Shown: positions 37,706 to 50,699, counted from the first letter of the stretch. The stretch is 64,000 nt of DNA from Octopus sinensis (GCF_006345805.1 NC_043012.1:40486001-40550000); one strand, 5' to 3'. Notes: generated by a model not told the origin, from the sequence alone. Numbers and translations: made by a program.

Positions 37706-38409
37706 CACACACACACACCACACACACACACACGTTTGTGTCTTTGTGCTTTTACGGGATTGGTAGTTCTTGTTTGGGAGACTGGTCTGCTATTGTCAGT
37801 CAATAATAATGATGATAATAATAATAACAATAACAACAACAACAATAATAATAATAATAATACTGCGACCTCTGTTGATTTCAAATGGTGATGATACAAT
37901 GACGAAGATATTGATAAAACAATGACTGTTGGGAACTTCCGAAGACTTCAGATCTGTAGGATTGGTTTAAGAAAACTAAAAAAAAAAAATCTATAAATAT
38001 AATCCCAAAAGAAGGTAAAATCTCTAGAGCGTCGGATACAATACGTTTCTTTTCGTTCTGAGGTCAAAACGCGCAGAAGTCGAGTTTAACTTTCATCCTT
38101 CAAGACTGGATGAAATAAAGTACCGGTTATATTCTAAAATCGAAAAAATCGACTTCATCAAAATGTGTGTGACTTGATGACCTTCTGAGAAATTATTATC
38201 TCTATCTTAGAAGAATTTCGTGGAGAGAGAGAAATGGTGAAAGCAACAAGAGAATGGTGAAGCAACAACTCTTTACGGAACTTGGTTTCGCTCTTCTACT
38301 TTTAAGTCTAGATTTTAAAGTGGTTAATATTCCAATTTTTACCATTCGAGGTGGTGTGGCAGTGTAAGCGTGCATGTGTGTGTATGTATATATATATATA
38401 TAATATATA

Positions 38410-38458
<49 letters not shown>

Positions 38459-38727
38459 GTATATATATATATGTGTGTGTGTGTGTGTGCATGCATGTGG
38501 ATTATTTTTATTAAAATTGAATCTAAGACTGGTGACTCGAGTTCACGCCACAGCGATCTTCAAGCGAAATGATGGTTTTTTTTTTTGCCTGATGATCACA
38601 ATGGCGTGAGACTCAAGTCGCGAGAACAGCTTCGGTTTGAATAAGATACATATCCTCTACAACATCTACTGAGCACTCCTTTGTCATTCGTTCGACATCA
38701 AACAACACATACACGCACACATACACG

Positions 38728-38770
<43 letters not shown>
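36617..38770. repeat. near-identical tandem duplication, period 1093 bp
   Basis: gtttgtgtctttgtgcttttacgg at 36641 and 37734; (CA)n at all three boundaries. Confidence 0.95.
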
Positions 38771-38773
<3 letters not shown>

Positions 38774-39198
38774 GAAGTCATTTAACAAAACAACAAAAAT
38801 CTAAACAAAAGAAGCGAGAAAGAAAAATGCGAGACAAATCAATCGAAAAACGACGCCGTACCCCTAATTGGAGTATTACACTATTGTTGTTTAACCCGGG
38901 TGGGCTCTGAATTACCAAAAGTATTCCATCAACGACCACTTCGTCAGTTAAAGAGTGTCTGCAGCCAATGCATATAATGTAGTTTTCCCTCTTCTTAAGA
39001 CAATAGGTCTGTGATCAGAAAGAGAATTGGCTGCTATTTCTAGCATATCGAGTGACTACTGGGAGCAGTGGAGTGGACTACAGCTAAGTATATTAATCAT
39101 TCGGACCTCAGCACATATAATTAAGACAAGAGTTTACTGATAAAGTATTGATAATTAGCCATATCTTTGTCTGTCTAGCTCTCTCTTTGTTTCCCTCT

Positions 39199-39249
<51 letters not shown>

Positions 39250-39645
39250 TATCGATCTAGTCATAGTGTGAAGTGAGAGAGATAACACAATGATAATTAA
39301 ATATCAATAAGTAAGCCAATATTTACAGTGTAAGCATTTTGAAACAATGGAAGAGGTGGGGAGAGATGAGGGCGAAGTAGGATTGAGTGTTGATGAAATG
39401 GAGACCTACTGGAGCTCTCGAATGTGAGAAGACGGGAAAGTTATAAATTATTATGATGGATAAAGAGATTAGTCATCTGTGGAAATATGAATATAAGACA
39501 AAAAAAAAGGAAAGAAAAATTTTTTAAATACACAAAAACTAGCTTGAATTATGAATTATTGCTTATGTCTTGTGGCTTCTGAACTTGGTCATACGAGGTC
39601 GTAACTTGATAATTGCTGTAGATTAGTCACAATTGCAATATATGT

Positions 39646-39687
<42 letters not shown>

Positions 39688-39688
<1 letters not shown>

Positions 39689-40100
39689 AGGCGACGAGCT
39701 GGCAGAAGCGTTAGCACGCCGGATGAAATGCTTAGCAGCATTTCGTCCATCTGTACTTTCTAAGTTCAAATTCTGCCGAGGTCGACTTTGCCTTTTATCA
39801 TTTCGACGTCGATAAAATTAGTACCAGTTAAGTACTGGGGTCGATCTAATCCTATAATAGAAAGGATTATTACCACCATATACAGCAGCGAGATGACAAA
39901 ATCTTTAGCACGGCGGGCAAAATAATATATATTAGCGGCATTTCGTCCGTCTTTACGTTATGAGTTCAAATTCTGCGGAGGTAGATTTTACCTTTTGATC
40001 TTTTCGAGGTCGATAAAATAAGTACCAGTTGATCACTGGGGTCGATGTAATCACCCACCTCCCCCGAAATTGTTGGCCTTGTGCCAAAATTTGAAACCAA
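39688..40100 (+). mobile_element. two adjacent SINE B copies (39688-39870, 39882-40100)
   Basis: B consensus occurs twice. Confidence 0.85.
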
Positions 40101-40657
40101 CATATGTATACTCGCACATATGTTACACGTCTGTATGCACCTTGTCAGTTGGTGAATCACACGATTAGTGCTCGGAGTTTCTTTTCGATTCTTTCCTGCG
40201 AAGACAATAACCTATGTCACTCAAGTGCTTCTCATAAATATATGCTCCTTACCAATGTGGACCCCCTTTGGTTCCTGTTTTACTCGAGTGGTCCCTCATA
40301 ACCAGGGAATGCTTTAAAAAGCCCTTTTATATTTTTGTGACAAAATATTATTAGGAACTGAATAAACAAGTTGTTGGAATGTTATGTCTATTGCAGAAGT
40401 ATAAACCATTTCCATTTCATAAAATCTTATATGAAGTCCCAGGGCTCAAAGGGACTGCCAAGGGTCATACTGACCCCGGCTGAGAATCGCTGCTCTATAT
40501 AATGTATTATGTGCGGTTTCATTTTGCCTCTTTAATATAAACCTTTTATCTTTTCGGGGATCAATAAAAAAATAAGTACCAGTTGAGTACTGGGGTCGAT
40601 GTAGTCGACTTACCCCGTCCTCCAAAATTGCAAGCTTTGTGTCAAAGCTTGAAGAGA

Positions 40658-40878
40658 CCCCTCGCCATATCGCGGTTCACTTATCGCGGTTTATTATTTA
40701 AGCTTATGTCGATTCCTCTGTGGTGTTGTTTTGCATTTATAATAAAATAAATATATACAAACTAAAAAAATAATTTGAAAAATATATACAGTACAAGTAC
40801 TGTTTCTTCTTCGCGGATTTTCACCTATTGCAGGCGGGGTTTTGGAACGTAACACCCGCGATAGTCGAGGGATTACTG
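40658..40878. mobile_element. pogo/Tigger-like MITE, left TIR truncated
   Basis: cctcgccatatcgcgg ... gatagtcgagggattactg. Confidence 0.85.
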
Positions 40879-41644
40879 CACTTCTGCAGCTCTGATTAAT
40901 CTGTCCATCCATCATAGTAATTTATAACTTTCCGGCCTCCTTAGATTCGAGAGCTCCAGTAGTTCTCCGCTTCACCTCACTTCTCCCCCCGCCCTCCATC
41001 CCTCTCCCGTCTTCCATTGTTTTCAAAATGTTTACACTGTAAATATTGACTTATTGATATTTAATTATCACTCGATTATCTTTCTTCGGTTCACATTGTG
41101 ACTGGATCCAGTCACGTACGCACTCACGTATACACATGTGCATACACTGATACTCACGCACATCATTCTCTCCCTTTCTCTTTCTCTCGCCCTCTTTCTC
41201 TCTCACTATCTGTCTATCTATCTCTGCCTCTGTCTCTCTCTCTCAATATCTGTCTGTCTGTTTCCGTTTTAAATGCTGGAGCTGAGAATACACGCATCTA
41301 TGAATATAATGACCCGTCTACTCTTAACCTAAAGATATTCAGGCGTCGGCGTAGCTGGGAGATGGAGAAGCTGGGTTCCCAACGTTATGGTCTCAAGTTC
41401 AGTCCTACTGCATGGCACCATGGCCAATTGGCTATTTCCTAGGTCAACCAAACTCTTATGAGCGGCTTCGGTAGCTAGAAACTGAAAGAAGCCCATCGTT
41501 TGTGTGCCTGTGTTTGTCTCTTACCACGTCTTAACAGTGTTGGTTTGTTTACGTCCCTGTAACTTAGAGCAAGTTTTTTCGATTTCTTTGTCTAAAAACT
41601 CAAAGTTGTGCCCAAGTATGGCCACAGTTCAGTGAGTGAAATAA

Positions 41645-41680
<36 letters not shown>

Positions 41681-41809
41681 GATATTCATATAATGGAACA
41701 ATGACGAGCGAGATCCTCCTGTTGCTGCACCAACACAGCGAGCTTACGATGAAACAAGCATGCAATATCCATAAAGACTAGTTTAATAGCACACACATCT
41801 TCCCACACT

Positions 41810-42560
41810 CAAACGTTCACACATCCACACACGCGCTCGCACATCCACACACGCGTTCACACATCCACACACACGTTCACACATCCACACACACGTTCAC
41901 ACATCCACACACACGTTCACACATCCACACACGCGTTCACACATCCACACACACGCGTTCACAATTCACACACGCGTTCACACATCCACACACGCGTTCA
42001 CACATCCACACACGCGTTCACACATCCACACACGCGTTCACAATCCACACACGCGTTCACACATCCACACACACGTTCACACATCCCCACACGCGTTCGC
42101 ACATCCACACACGCGTTCACACATCCACACACACGTTCACACATCCACACACGCGTTCATACATCGACACACGCGTTCGCACATCCACACACGCGTTCAC
42201 ACATCCACACACGCGTTCACACATCCACACACACGTTCACACATCCACACACGCGTTCATACATCGACACACGCGTTCGCACATCCACACACACGTTCAC
42301 ACATCCCCACACGCGTTCGCACATCCACACACGTGTTCACACATCCACACACACGTTCACACATCCACACACGCGTTCATACATCGACACACGCGTTCGC
42401 ACATCCACACACGCGTTCACACATCCACACACGCGTTCACACATCCACTCACGCGTTCACACACCTATACACACGTCCACACATCCACACACGCGTTCAC
42501 GCATTCACACACACGTTCGCACACATACACGTTCACACATCTACACTCACGCATACATTC
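41810..42560. repeat. 20-bp minisatellite (acatccacacacgcgttcac) with higher-order periodicity
   Basis: About 35 monomers; variant order repeats at 42061 and 42281. Confidence 0.95.
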
Positions 42561-43093
42561 CCATATCCATACGTTTCCACACACACACACACACACACAT
42601 ACATTCACGCCCCCCTCACTCACATTCGCGCATACACACACACACACACACAACACACGCACGCATACACTCACGTTCACATACATTTCTCCACCACACA
42701 AACACACACATGTGGCCAAATGGTTAAGAAGTTCGCTACACAACCACAAGATCCCGGGCTCGATTCCACAATAGGCATCTTGAATAAACGTCATTTCAGA
42801 TAGAGTCGGGTCGACACTTACCCTGAAACTGGATTGATGAAAACTGCAGAGAAGGTCATCGACTGGATTGTACTTGGAGTTCAAAAGGCACACCCTTGTC
42901 ATACATGCTTTCCATCATGCTGGATCTCTCGGAGAAATATATGAAGGTTACAAGTACTATGGAATACTCGGCCACCAACGCGTTAATTCAGGAACGGCTA
43001 ATTTATTAAATCTAACAAGTAAAATCCTCATCGTCGAAACCGACCGCGAACCTTATGTATATAAAGTCTGAAGTGGTGTGCAGATATTATATA

Positions 43094-43330
43094 AAGGCGG
43101 CGAGCTGGCAGAATCGTTATCAGGCCGGGCGAAATGCTTAGCGGTATTTCGTCTGTCTTTACGTTCTGAGTTCAAATTCCGCCGCGGTCGACTTAGCCTT
43201 TCATCCTTTCGGGGTCGATAAATTAAGTACCAGTTACGTACTGGGGCGATGTATCGACTTAATACCTTTGTCTGTCCTTGTTTGTCCCCTCTATGTTTAG
43301 CCCCTTGTGGGTAATAAAGAAATAGGTATG
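43094..43330 (+). mobile_element. SINE B monomer ending in a 5-nt stub of a second unit
   Basis: ...aataaagaaata|ggtat then unrelated sequence. Confidence 0.9.
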
Positions 43331-43446
43331 CAGATATTATACAGTAAGGAAAAGGAGGTAGTCAGAATTTTGGATAATTATTTATTAGCTTTTCCATCAC
43401 CTTCGTTTGTTTGTGTGTGTGTGTGTAGGAATAGTTGTGTTGTAAG

Positions 43447-43716
43447 CAAGACTGTGGAGTCGAAACAAAATCTTCGACTCTGACTCCTCTACTATTGGCA
43501 CCTCCAACACCGACTCCTCTGTATGTGGTCAAGTGGTTGTGGTCTAAATATCTTATAAAGCATATGCATCATCGCTTGTACTTTGAGTAGGCCTATATCT
43601 TATAATTGGTTTATATTAAAGAATAAAGACATTGTGGGCCGGGGTCGGTATAGTTTTGCCGACTCCGACCACCCCTTAATTGTTTCCGACTCTACGACTC
43701 CGACTCCACAGTTCTG
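43447..43716. mobile_element. hAT-like MITE, 270 bp, with cgactc subterminal repeats
   Basis: TIRs caagactgtggagtcg / cgactccacagttctg (14/16); 8-bp TSD gttgtaag / attgtaag. Confidence 0.8.
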
Positions 43717-43967
43717 ATTGTAAGATTCTTGCTTCCTCACTTCATGGCATCTTAGGCAAATGTTTTCTCGGGTCGACCAAAGCTTTGTGTTGAGTTGTGG
43801 GGAAAGAAACTGTCGGTATGATTGTATCGCGTTGGCAGTGTTCTGGGGTCCGTTAGGTACGTCTGAACCGAGTGAGAGTGTTAATACTGTTAGGACAGCG
43901 TTGGAGTAGTATCCCGAAGTATCATCAATGTAACGTGCTTGATCTGAGTGGATGGATGGACGTTAGT

Positions 43968-44292
43968 GAATGTGCGTGGTTTAGTGGTTAGGGTATGAGG
44001 CTCACGATCCAAAAGTCGTGAGTTCGAGTCCCAGCAGCTCGTTCTGTCCTTGAACAAGACACTTCCTTTTATGTTGCTCCAGTTTACTCAGCTAGCAAAA
44101 GTAAGCTGTTCCTGTAACTCAAAGGGCCAGCCTTGTCACATTGTGTGTCACGCTGAATCGCCCCTGAAAATTCCATTAAGGCTACAACACATGTCTGTGG
44201 AATGCACAACCTCTTGCACGTTGATTTTTACGAGCGGGCTCTTCGGTCGATCTGATCAACTGGAATAGTCATCGTCGTATTCGACGGAGGGC
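43968..44292 (+). mobile_element. SINE head D + CORE-like domain + tail ii
   Basis: TGGTTTAGTGG...GAGTTCGAGTCCC...tccttgaacaagacac...ccagccttgtcac...cgtcgtattcgacggagg. Confidence 0.85.
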
Positions 44293-44339
44293 TAGTTAGG
44301 ATGGTATCCTCGTAGTATTCTAGAGTTTCTCCTATACTT

Positions 44340-44521
44340 TTTTTTTTGTTTCAGTCATTTGACTGCGGCCATGCTGGAGCACTACCTTCAGTTGAACAAA
44401 TCGATCCCAGGACTTATTCTTTGTAAGCCTAGTACTTATTCTGTCGGAGTCTTGTGCCGAACCGCTAAGACCCGGGGACGTAAACACACTAGCATCGGTT
44501 GTCAAGCGATCGTGGACACGG

Positions 44522-44574
<53 letters not shown>

Positions 44575-44730
44575 CGACGGGCTTCTTTCAGTTTCCGTCT
44601 ACCAAATCCACGCACTAGGATTTGGTCGGCCCGAGGCTATAGAAGACGACACTCGTACAAGGTGTCACGTAGTGGAACTGAACTCAGAACTGTGTGGTTG
44701 GGAAGCAAGCTTCTTAAAACGCAGCCACTT
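44340..44730 (-). mobile_element. SINE A, full length
   Basis: Reverse complement of the A consensus. Confidence 0.9.
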
Positions 44731-45023
44731 TTCTTAATAGCAGGGAATGTGTCTGGGTGTTTGAAAGATTAACTGACCAGGAACTCCGAGGAATGGAACT
44801 TAGGGAGGTCAGGAACTATCCTCCCTTTATGACGTGGCACTTTTTAAATTTTAGTTTACAGATGCGTTTGTGATTTTGTGTTAAATCGTGAAAGTTGCTG
44901 TTTCTGATGTTGTTGTTGTGTAGTCCTTGATCATTCTGATCCGGTAGACGATTTTATTGTCAGACGTTGCAAAATTATTAGCGTTGGAAACCGATCCAGT
45001 TCAAAATAGCATCTTGTTTATTA

Positions 45024-45193
45024 TACTAAACGCAGATATACTGTAGAAAGCCAGAAAACTGCGATATTCATCTCGAGGAAACATTTGGTATAGATATATA
45101 GTATTAAAAACGCAGAAATATATCTGTAGCGGATGTTTTCTCGGGACGAATACCGCAGTTTTCCGGCTTTCTACTGTGTATCTACGTTAAGTA
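45024..45193. repeat. 170-bp fold-back, ~76 bp arms, roughly 80% identity
   Basis: tactaaacgcagatatactgtagaaagccagaaaactgcg vs reverse-complemented tacttaacgtagatacacagtagaaagccggaaaactgcg. Confidence 0.9.
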
Positions 45194-45265
45194 CGACATA
45201 CCGAATGCTGCGTTGCGAGCATTATAGTCTTGCCTCTTTTTCAGTCATGGCCCATCCATGACTGC

Positions 45266-45463
45266 TTTACTCTTGTTTCAGTCATTTGACTGCGGCCATG
45301 CAGGAGCACCGCCTTTAGTCGAGCAAATCCACTACGAGACTTATTCTTTGTAAGCCCAGTACTTATTCTATCGGTCTCTTTTGCCGAACAGCCAAGTGAC
45401 GGGGACATAAACACACCAGCATCGTTTGTCAAGCGATGTTGGTGGGAGGACAAACACAGACAC

Positions 45464-45504
<41 letters not shown>

Positions 45505-45672
45505 CATCCATATATACGACGGGCTTCTTTGTGTTTCCGTCTACCAAATCCACTCACAAGGCTTTAGCCGACATGAGGCTATAGTAGAAGACACTTGCCC
45601 AAGATGCCACGCAGTGGGACTGAACCCGGAACCATGTGGTTGGTAAGCTTACCACACAGCCACTCCTGTGCC
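45266..45672 (-). mobile_element. SINE A, full length
   Basis: Reverse complement of the A consensus. Confidence 0.9.
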
Positions 45673-45991
45673 TATACATTGGTGAATGTGACTTTAAAAA
45701 ATATTAATAATAAAAAAAAAAGGAGAAAACGACAGGTTGCCAAATGAGAGCGACTTGTCTGCTATTTCTTGGAAAGCAAGTGACCATATCGGGTCTGTTT
45801 TATTAACACCATCGTTAACACCTTTTGTGATTGATTTGTGGGTGTGGTCTATGCTTATTGTCGGTGAAGTCTAACCAGTGTGTGTCAACATCCGTAAATA
45901 TAATTGTTGGGTTTCCTAATAGCATTAACACGTATCAACATGTATTTATGACTCAGAGATGTTGTGTGTGTCTAATATATGTATATATATA

Positions 45992-46059
<68 letters not shown>

Positions 46060-47582
46060 TATACATGGATGTTGGTTGTGTCATGTATAAGCTATTAGAC
46101 CACGAATTAATGGAGGACCTGACAAAGACAAAGCAGGAAAGTGGCGCCAATGAAGGAACAACTAAATGATCGATGAACTTGCTAGAAATAGCAACCAACT
46201 CCCTTAAACATCACAACTACGCTTTCAATCCAAGCGAAGGATCATATAACCTGTGGGGAAAAATAAAAAGAACAGATAGGATTTCATTGCTGGAATGCCT
46301 GTTATCTGCTTGAACACAACTGATCTATGGACCAACCGTATGAGCAATAATGGATTGCGGTTAATTCGAACCTGTAACGTCTAGACGCATTTGCCCGTGT
46401 TATATCGATGCAACTTGTATCGTTGAGTGATTTAAAAGTTCATTTGGCAATCACGTAGTTCTGCGTTCGATCCTGTTATATGTAGTGTCGTCTTAAGGCA
46501 TGATCAGACTGGGAAGTTGCCCAGGGATCTCTCGGGTCCGGGGCCCAATTCGGATTGATATATGGTGTGCCTTGCTGTCAATAAATAAATGATATAGGAT
46601 ATAGGGTACTGATTTGCTTAGGGGCCTCATAGATCAGCGGGCTCAATTGGGATCTATAGATGGAGTGCCTTGCAGTAAAAAAGTAATTTAGTGCATTGAT
46701 TTACCCGGGGGCCTCATGGATCAACGGGCCCAATTCTGATTTATGTTGTGGATTACTGTGAATAAATAAATAAATATTATAGGGCCCAGTGCATTGATTT
46801 ACCCGGAGGCATTGATTTACATGGGCCACAAAGCTCAATTCTGATTTGTGTATGTTGGGGCTCACTTTGAATAAAGACTAAAGGACCCGGGAAATTCATT
46901 TGACCGGTATTGGGGTTGGGGCTACAATTCTACTAAGAGGGACCTGGTTGCATGATATCTCGAGCAGTGGTCATTTTATCCTATCCTCGAGTAAACCCAA
47001 GTCCGGTAAGTGAAACTGGGCTGAAGGAAACTGTACCGAAACCTGTCGAGTGGATTGTACCCGTGTTTTAGAATCTTTGTCAAGAGCTGAATCATATTGT
47101 GCTCGAAAAGGATTTAAGAGTGAAAATGTCAGTGGAATACTCGGCTACTTCACGTTAATTCAATGAGAATATACGTCGGTTGAGAGAAGGAATTAATGTT
47201 AATCGTAGCTACCGACGGAGGATCAGTTATTGTCGTATCAAGTGTAACAGTCGAACTAGAGAGATGATCACGGTCTACTGCGTCGACAAATAATGTTGGA
47301 AGGGGAGGATGAGGGAGAGAGAGAAAGAGTAAGAGAGAAGGGGAGGTCTGACCCGCCAGCCAGGACGTTCCGCTCTGACGATGAAAAGCCACGTTCAAAA
47401 TGTTTAGACATATTTTCAGTCCATGTCTTACTAACCTACTTCTTATCCTGAGTGTGAGTGCGCGCGCCCATGTCTGTCTGCGTGTGTGCATCTGCGTGCG
47501 TTTGTGTAGGTGTGTGTATATAATGCAAGTTTGTGAGTATATACCCACACCCTAGCATTTCTCACCTACATACATACATACC

Positions 47583-47617
<35 letters not shown>

Positions 47618-47622
<5 letters not shown>

Positions 47623-47888
47623 CGTGACCGATCAGGTTATCAGATGTTGCTACACGTCGCTGGTCACAATGCGCTTCGCATTGTTTTAGCCTTTAAATGA
47701 CGCCACCCCGCTGGCTAAGCGAGCAGGCCAACAGAAGAAAGAGTGAGGGAAAGTTGTGGCGAAAGAGTACAGCAGGGATCGCCACCCACCCACTGCCGGA
47801 GCCTCGTGGAGCTTTAGGTGTTCTCGCTCAATAAACACTCACAACGCCCGGTCTGGGAATCGAAACCGTGAGTCCACTGCCCTAACCA
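47618..47888 (-). mobile_element. SINE head C (5'-truncated) + tail iii
   Basis: Minus strand: ...tgttggcctgctcgcttagccagcggggtggcgtc...gcattgtgaccagcgacgtgtagcaacatctg. Confidence 0.9.
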
Positions 47889-47901
47889 CACACAACACAC
47901 A

Positions 47902-47981
<80 letters not shown>

Positions 47982-48242
47982 CACACTCACACACACACAT
48001 ATATATATACACACACACACAAATGCACGCACATACAATGCACGCACATACACACATGCCTACGCACCCAAACAATAATACACTCACTCACATGAGTATA
48101 GTTACTGGAATTGGTAATTCCTGATCTGCGACAGCAAGAATCGGAATAGATAAAGATTGAAGTGGAGTGAATTGTTCTGGAAGAGGAAATACTAATATTT
48201 TTAAGCCCGGCATTCAGTCCGTCTCTTTTGCTGAACTGCTAA

Positions 48243-48643
48243 TCTTATATATAAATATATCTCTCTCTATATAAACGGCAGTTTGTCTGTGCGTTTTCTG
48301 TGTGTCTGTTTGCTTGTACCCTCACCCTGACCACGGCTTTCAACCGATTCTGATGAAACTTGACACACACATATAGCCCAATGTCATAATTCAAAACTAA
48401 CGCAGCAAAAATTTTGAAAAGTTCCCCCAGTTCTGAAAAAAATCGATAAATTCGACATGGGGTCGAGAATCAGAAACACAAACCGCAAAGTGTCTAGGGG
48501 ACGCAACTCCACCTTTTTTAACTAAAAAAAAAATTTACCATCATTTTTTCCCATTTTTTTGCTATTTTTTGGCTATAACTCTCTAAAAATGCTTTATAGT
48601 TATTTCCCTTACAAACCTGAGCAACGCCGGGCGATACTGCTAG
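48243..48643 (+). mobile_element. non-autonomous Helitron, ~400 bp
   Basis: a|TC start, subterminal hairpin cctgagcaacgccggg, CTAG|t end; 3' part shared with 14038-14240. Confidence 0.85.
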
Positions 48644-48648
48644 TATTC

Positions 48649-49139
48649 ATATAAAAGAGCAACGAAGATGTTCAGGTGTCAAATTATCACGGCCGATTCA
48701 AGCGGCTCCTTTGATTGATTAATGAAAATATTACATCATTTGAAAGAAACCATTCTCGTCAGATGACCGCACAGACTTCAAACATGGAGGATAAAACCAC
48801 TGCTTTAACGTATTCCCATCAATAATGGAACTCAAAATATTTACATTGTATCTGTTGTCATATCCTCGTCAGAATGAGTTTAGAAAGTAATGCATACCTT
48901 GTCGAGTCTCTAAATTATAGTAGACTTGACAAAGGTATTCATTATAAATAGTTTGAGTTGCATCATTGATGTGACTATGTTAAAGCAGTGGTTTTATCCT
49001 CTGTGTCTGAAGTCTCTACCTTCATCTGACGAGAACGGTTTCTTTCAAATGATGTAATATTTTCATTAATCAATTAAAGGAGTCGCTTGAAACGGCTGAA
49101 ATGAATTGACACCTGTACATCTTCGTTGCTCATTTATAT
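48649..49139. repeat. 491-bp near-complete palindrome (fold-back element)
   Basis: ~190 bp arms atataaaagagcaacgaagatg... / ...catcttcgttgctcatttatat, plus inner hairpin tgtcgagtct / agacttgaca. Confidence 0.95.
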
Positions 49140-49421
49140 TTTATTCACTTACCTTGGAATACTAGAGAGAATATATAAAGTACATGTCTGAGCTACCAAG
49201 AGCGGATCTCTTCACTCAGCTGGGCTGCATTGTCTGCACACACAGCAGGAATATCAGATGCAAACACCCCTACAGAGTTTTGATATTCAATATTCAGTTA
49301 ATATTGTTTGGGTGTGCGGATTATACCGACCTAACAATTTAAGTACCTAACTCAATGGAACCTCCATCCATCCATCCATCTATCCATCCATCCATCCATG
49401 TTGTGTGCATGCATGTATATA

Positions 49422-50676
49422 TCAGGTCATCCCATAAGTTCTGTCCGATTTTATCTTTTTTTAAATTGAAATTTAATAGTATTTTAGAATGTCTAATGGA
49501 AATAAAAATTATTTTTATGCATTTGTGTTCATTTAAACTAATTAGATATTTTATAGAATAATAGAATTAAAATTTCTTTGATTAAAACCCTTTCTAACAT
49601 GAAAGTATCCAAAGAGCATTTGAGGTGCATAATGCTTTATGAGTACAAAAAAGGAAACTGCAGCCGAAGCGACTCGAAACATACACTCAGTTTATGGGAA
49701 AGAGTGCTTGAAAGAAAGATGGTTTGCAAAATTCAGAAGTGGAGATTTTAGCCTTGAAGATGAAGATCGAACAGGGCGTCCAATTGAGTTTGATGATGAG
49801 CTCCTTGAGGCATTACTAGAAGAAAATCCTGCATTATCAGTTGAAGAATTGGCAATAAAGCTTAGTTCAAACTATACAACAGTTCATTGTCATCTTCAAC
49901 AATTTGGAAAGGTTCCTAAACTTGGAAAATGGGTGCCTCATGAATTGTCCGAAAGCAACAGCAAATCCCAAGTTGACATCTGCTCTTCTCTTCATTCTCT
50001 CACAAACTCATTTCACCCTTTTTGGATAGATTTGTGACTGGTGACGAAAATTGGATCTTCTATCGAAATGTTAAACGTCGTAAACAGTGGCTTGGTAAAA
50101 GGGAAAATGCTCAACCACAACCGAGAAGGGAACTCCATGGGAAAAAGGCTCTTCTCTCTATCTGGTGAGATTGCAAAGGAGTAATTCACGTTGAATTGTT
50201 ACCACCTAATGCAACGATCAATGCTCAAGTCTACTGTCAGCAATTAGTCTTTGAACCAACAAAAGACCCGCTTTAGTGAATCGAAAAGGAGGGATGTTTC
50301 ACCAGGACAATGCGCGACCCCACACTGCAAAGATCACATCACAGAAGATCAAAGAGCTTGGTTGGGAAAAAATTCCTCATCCACCTTATTCTCCCGACCT
50401 TGCTCCTTCAGACTACCATTTGTTTCGTAGTTTACAGAATCATTTGGGGGACATAACCTTCGCAAGCCAGGAGGAGGTCGAAACTGACATTTCAGAGTTC
50501 TTTACTTTGAAACCAAAAGAGTTTTACATTGATGGGATAAAAAGCTTGTAAATAGATGGAAGTAAGTCATAGATAATCAGGGAAAGTACATTGATGATTA
50601 AATTTCAATTAAATATAACATTTGGTCACTTGTTTTCTTTATTCAAAATTCGGATAGAACTTATGGGATGACCCGA
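49422..50676 (+). mobile_element. full-length decayed mariner transposon, second subfamily
   Basis: TIRs tcaggtcatcccataagttctgtccga / tcggatagaacttatgggatgacccga. ATG at 49599 (MKVSKEHLRCIMLYEY), WVPHEL, HQDNARPH, YSPDLAPSDYHLF, TAA at 50599-50601; multiple frameshifts and stops. Confidence 0.95.
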
Positions 50677-50699
50677 TGCTTAAATGTATCGTATTCACC

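Larger units (their letters stand above)
39250..41110. repeat. ~230 bp inverted repeat pair (39250-39482, 40880-41110) enclosing SINE B copies and a MITE
   Basis: tgataattaaatatcaataag...caatatttacagtgtaa.cattttgaaa...ctactggagctctcgaat...ggaaagttataaatta is present in both orientations. Confidence 0.85.

Noticed and set aside
43830-43960. Minus-strand RYIDDT motif resembling a Penelope/LINE RT active site
   Set aside because: Flanking residues do not match RT domains; likely chance.
46483-46950. Degenerate ~90-bp repeats rich in gggccc, possibly an hAT-like element
   Set aside because: TIR match is weak and no TSD was found.
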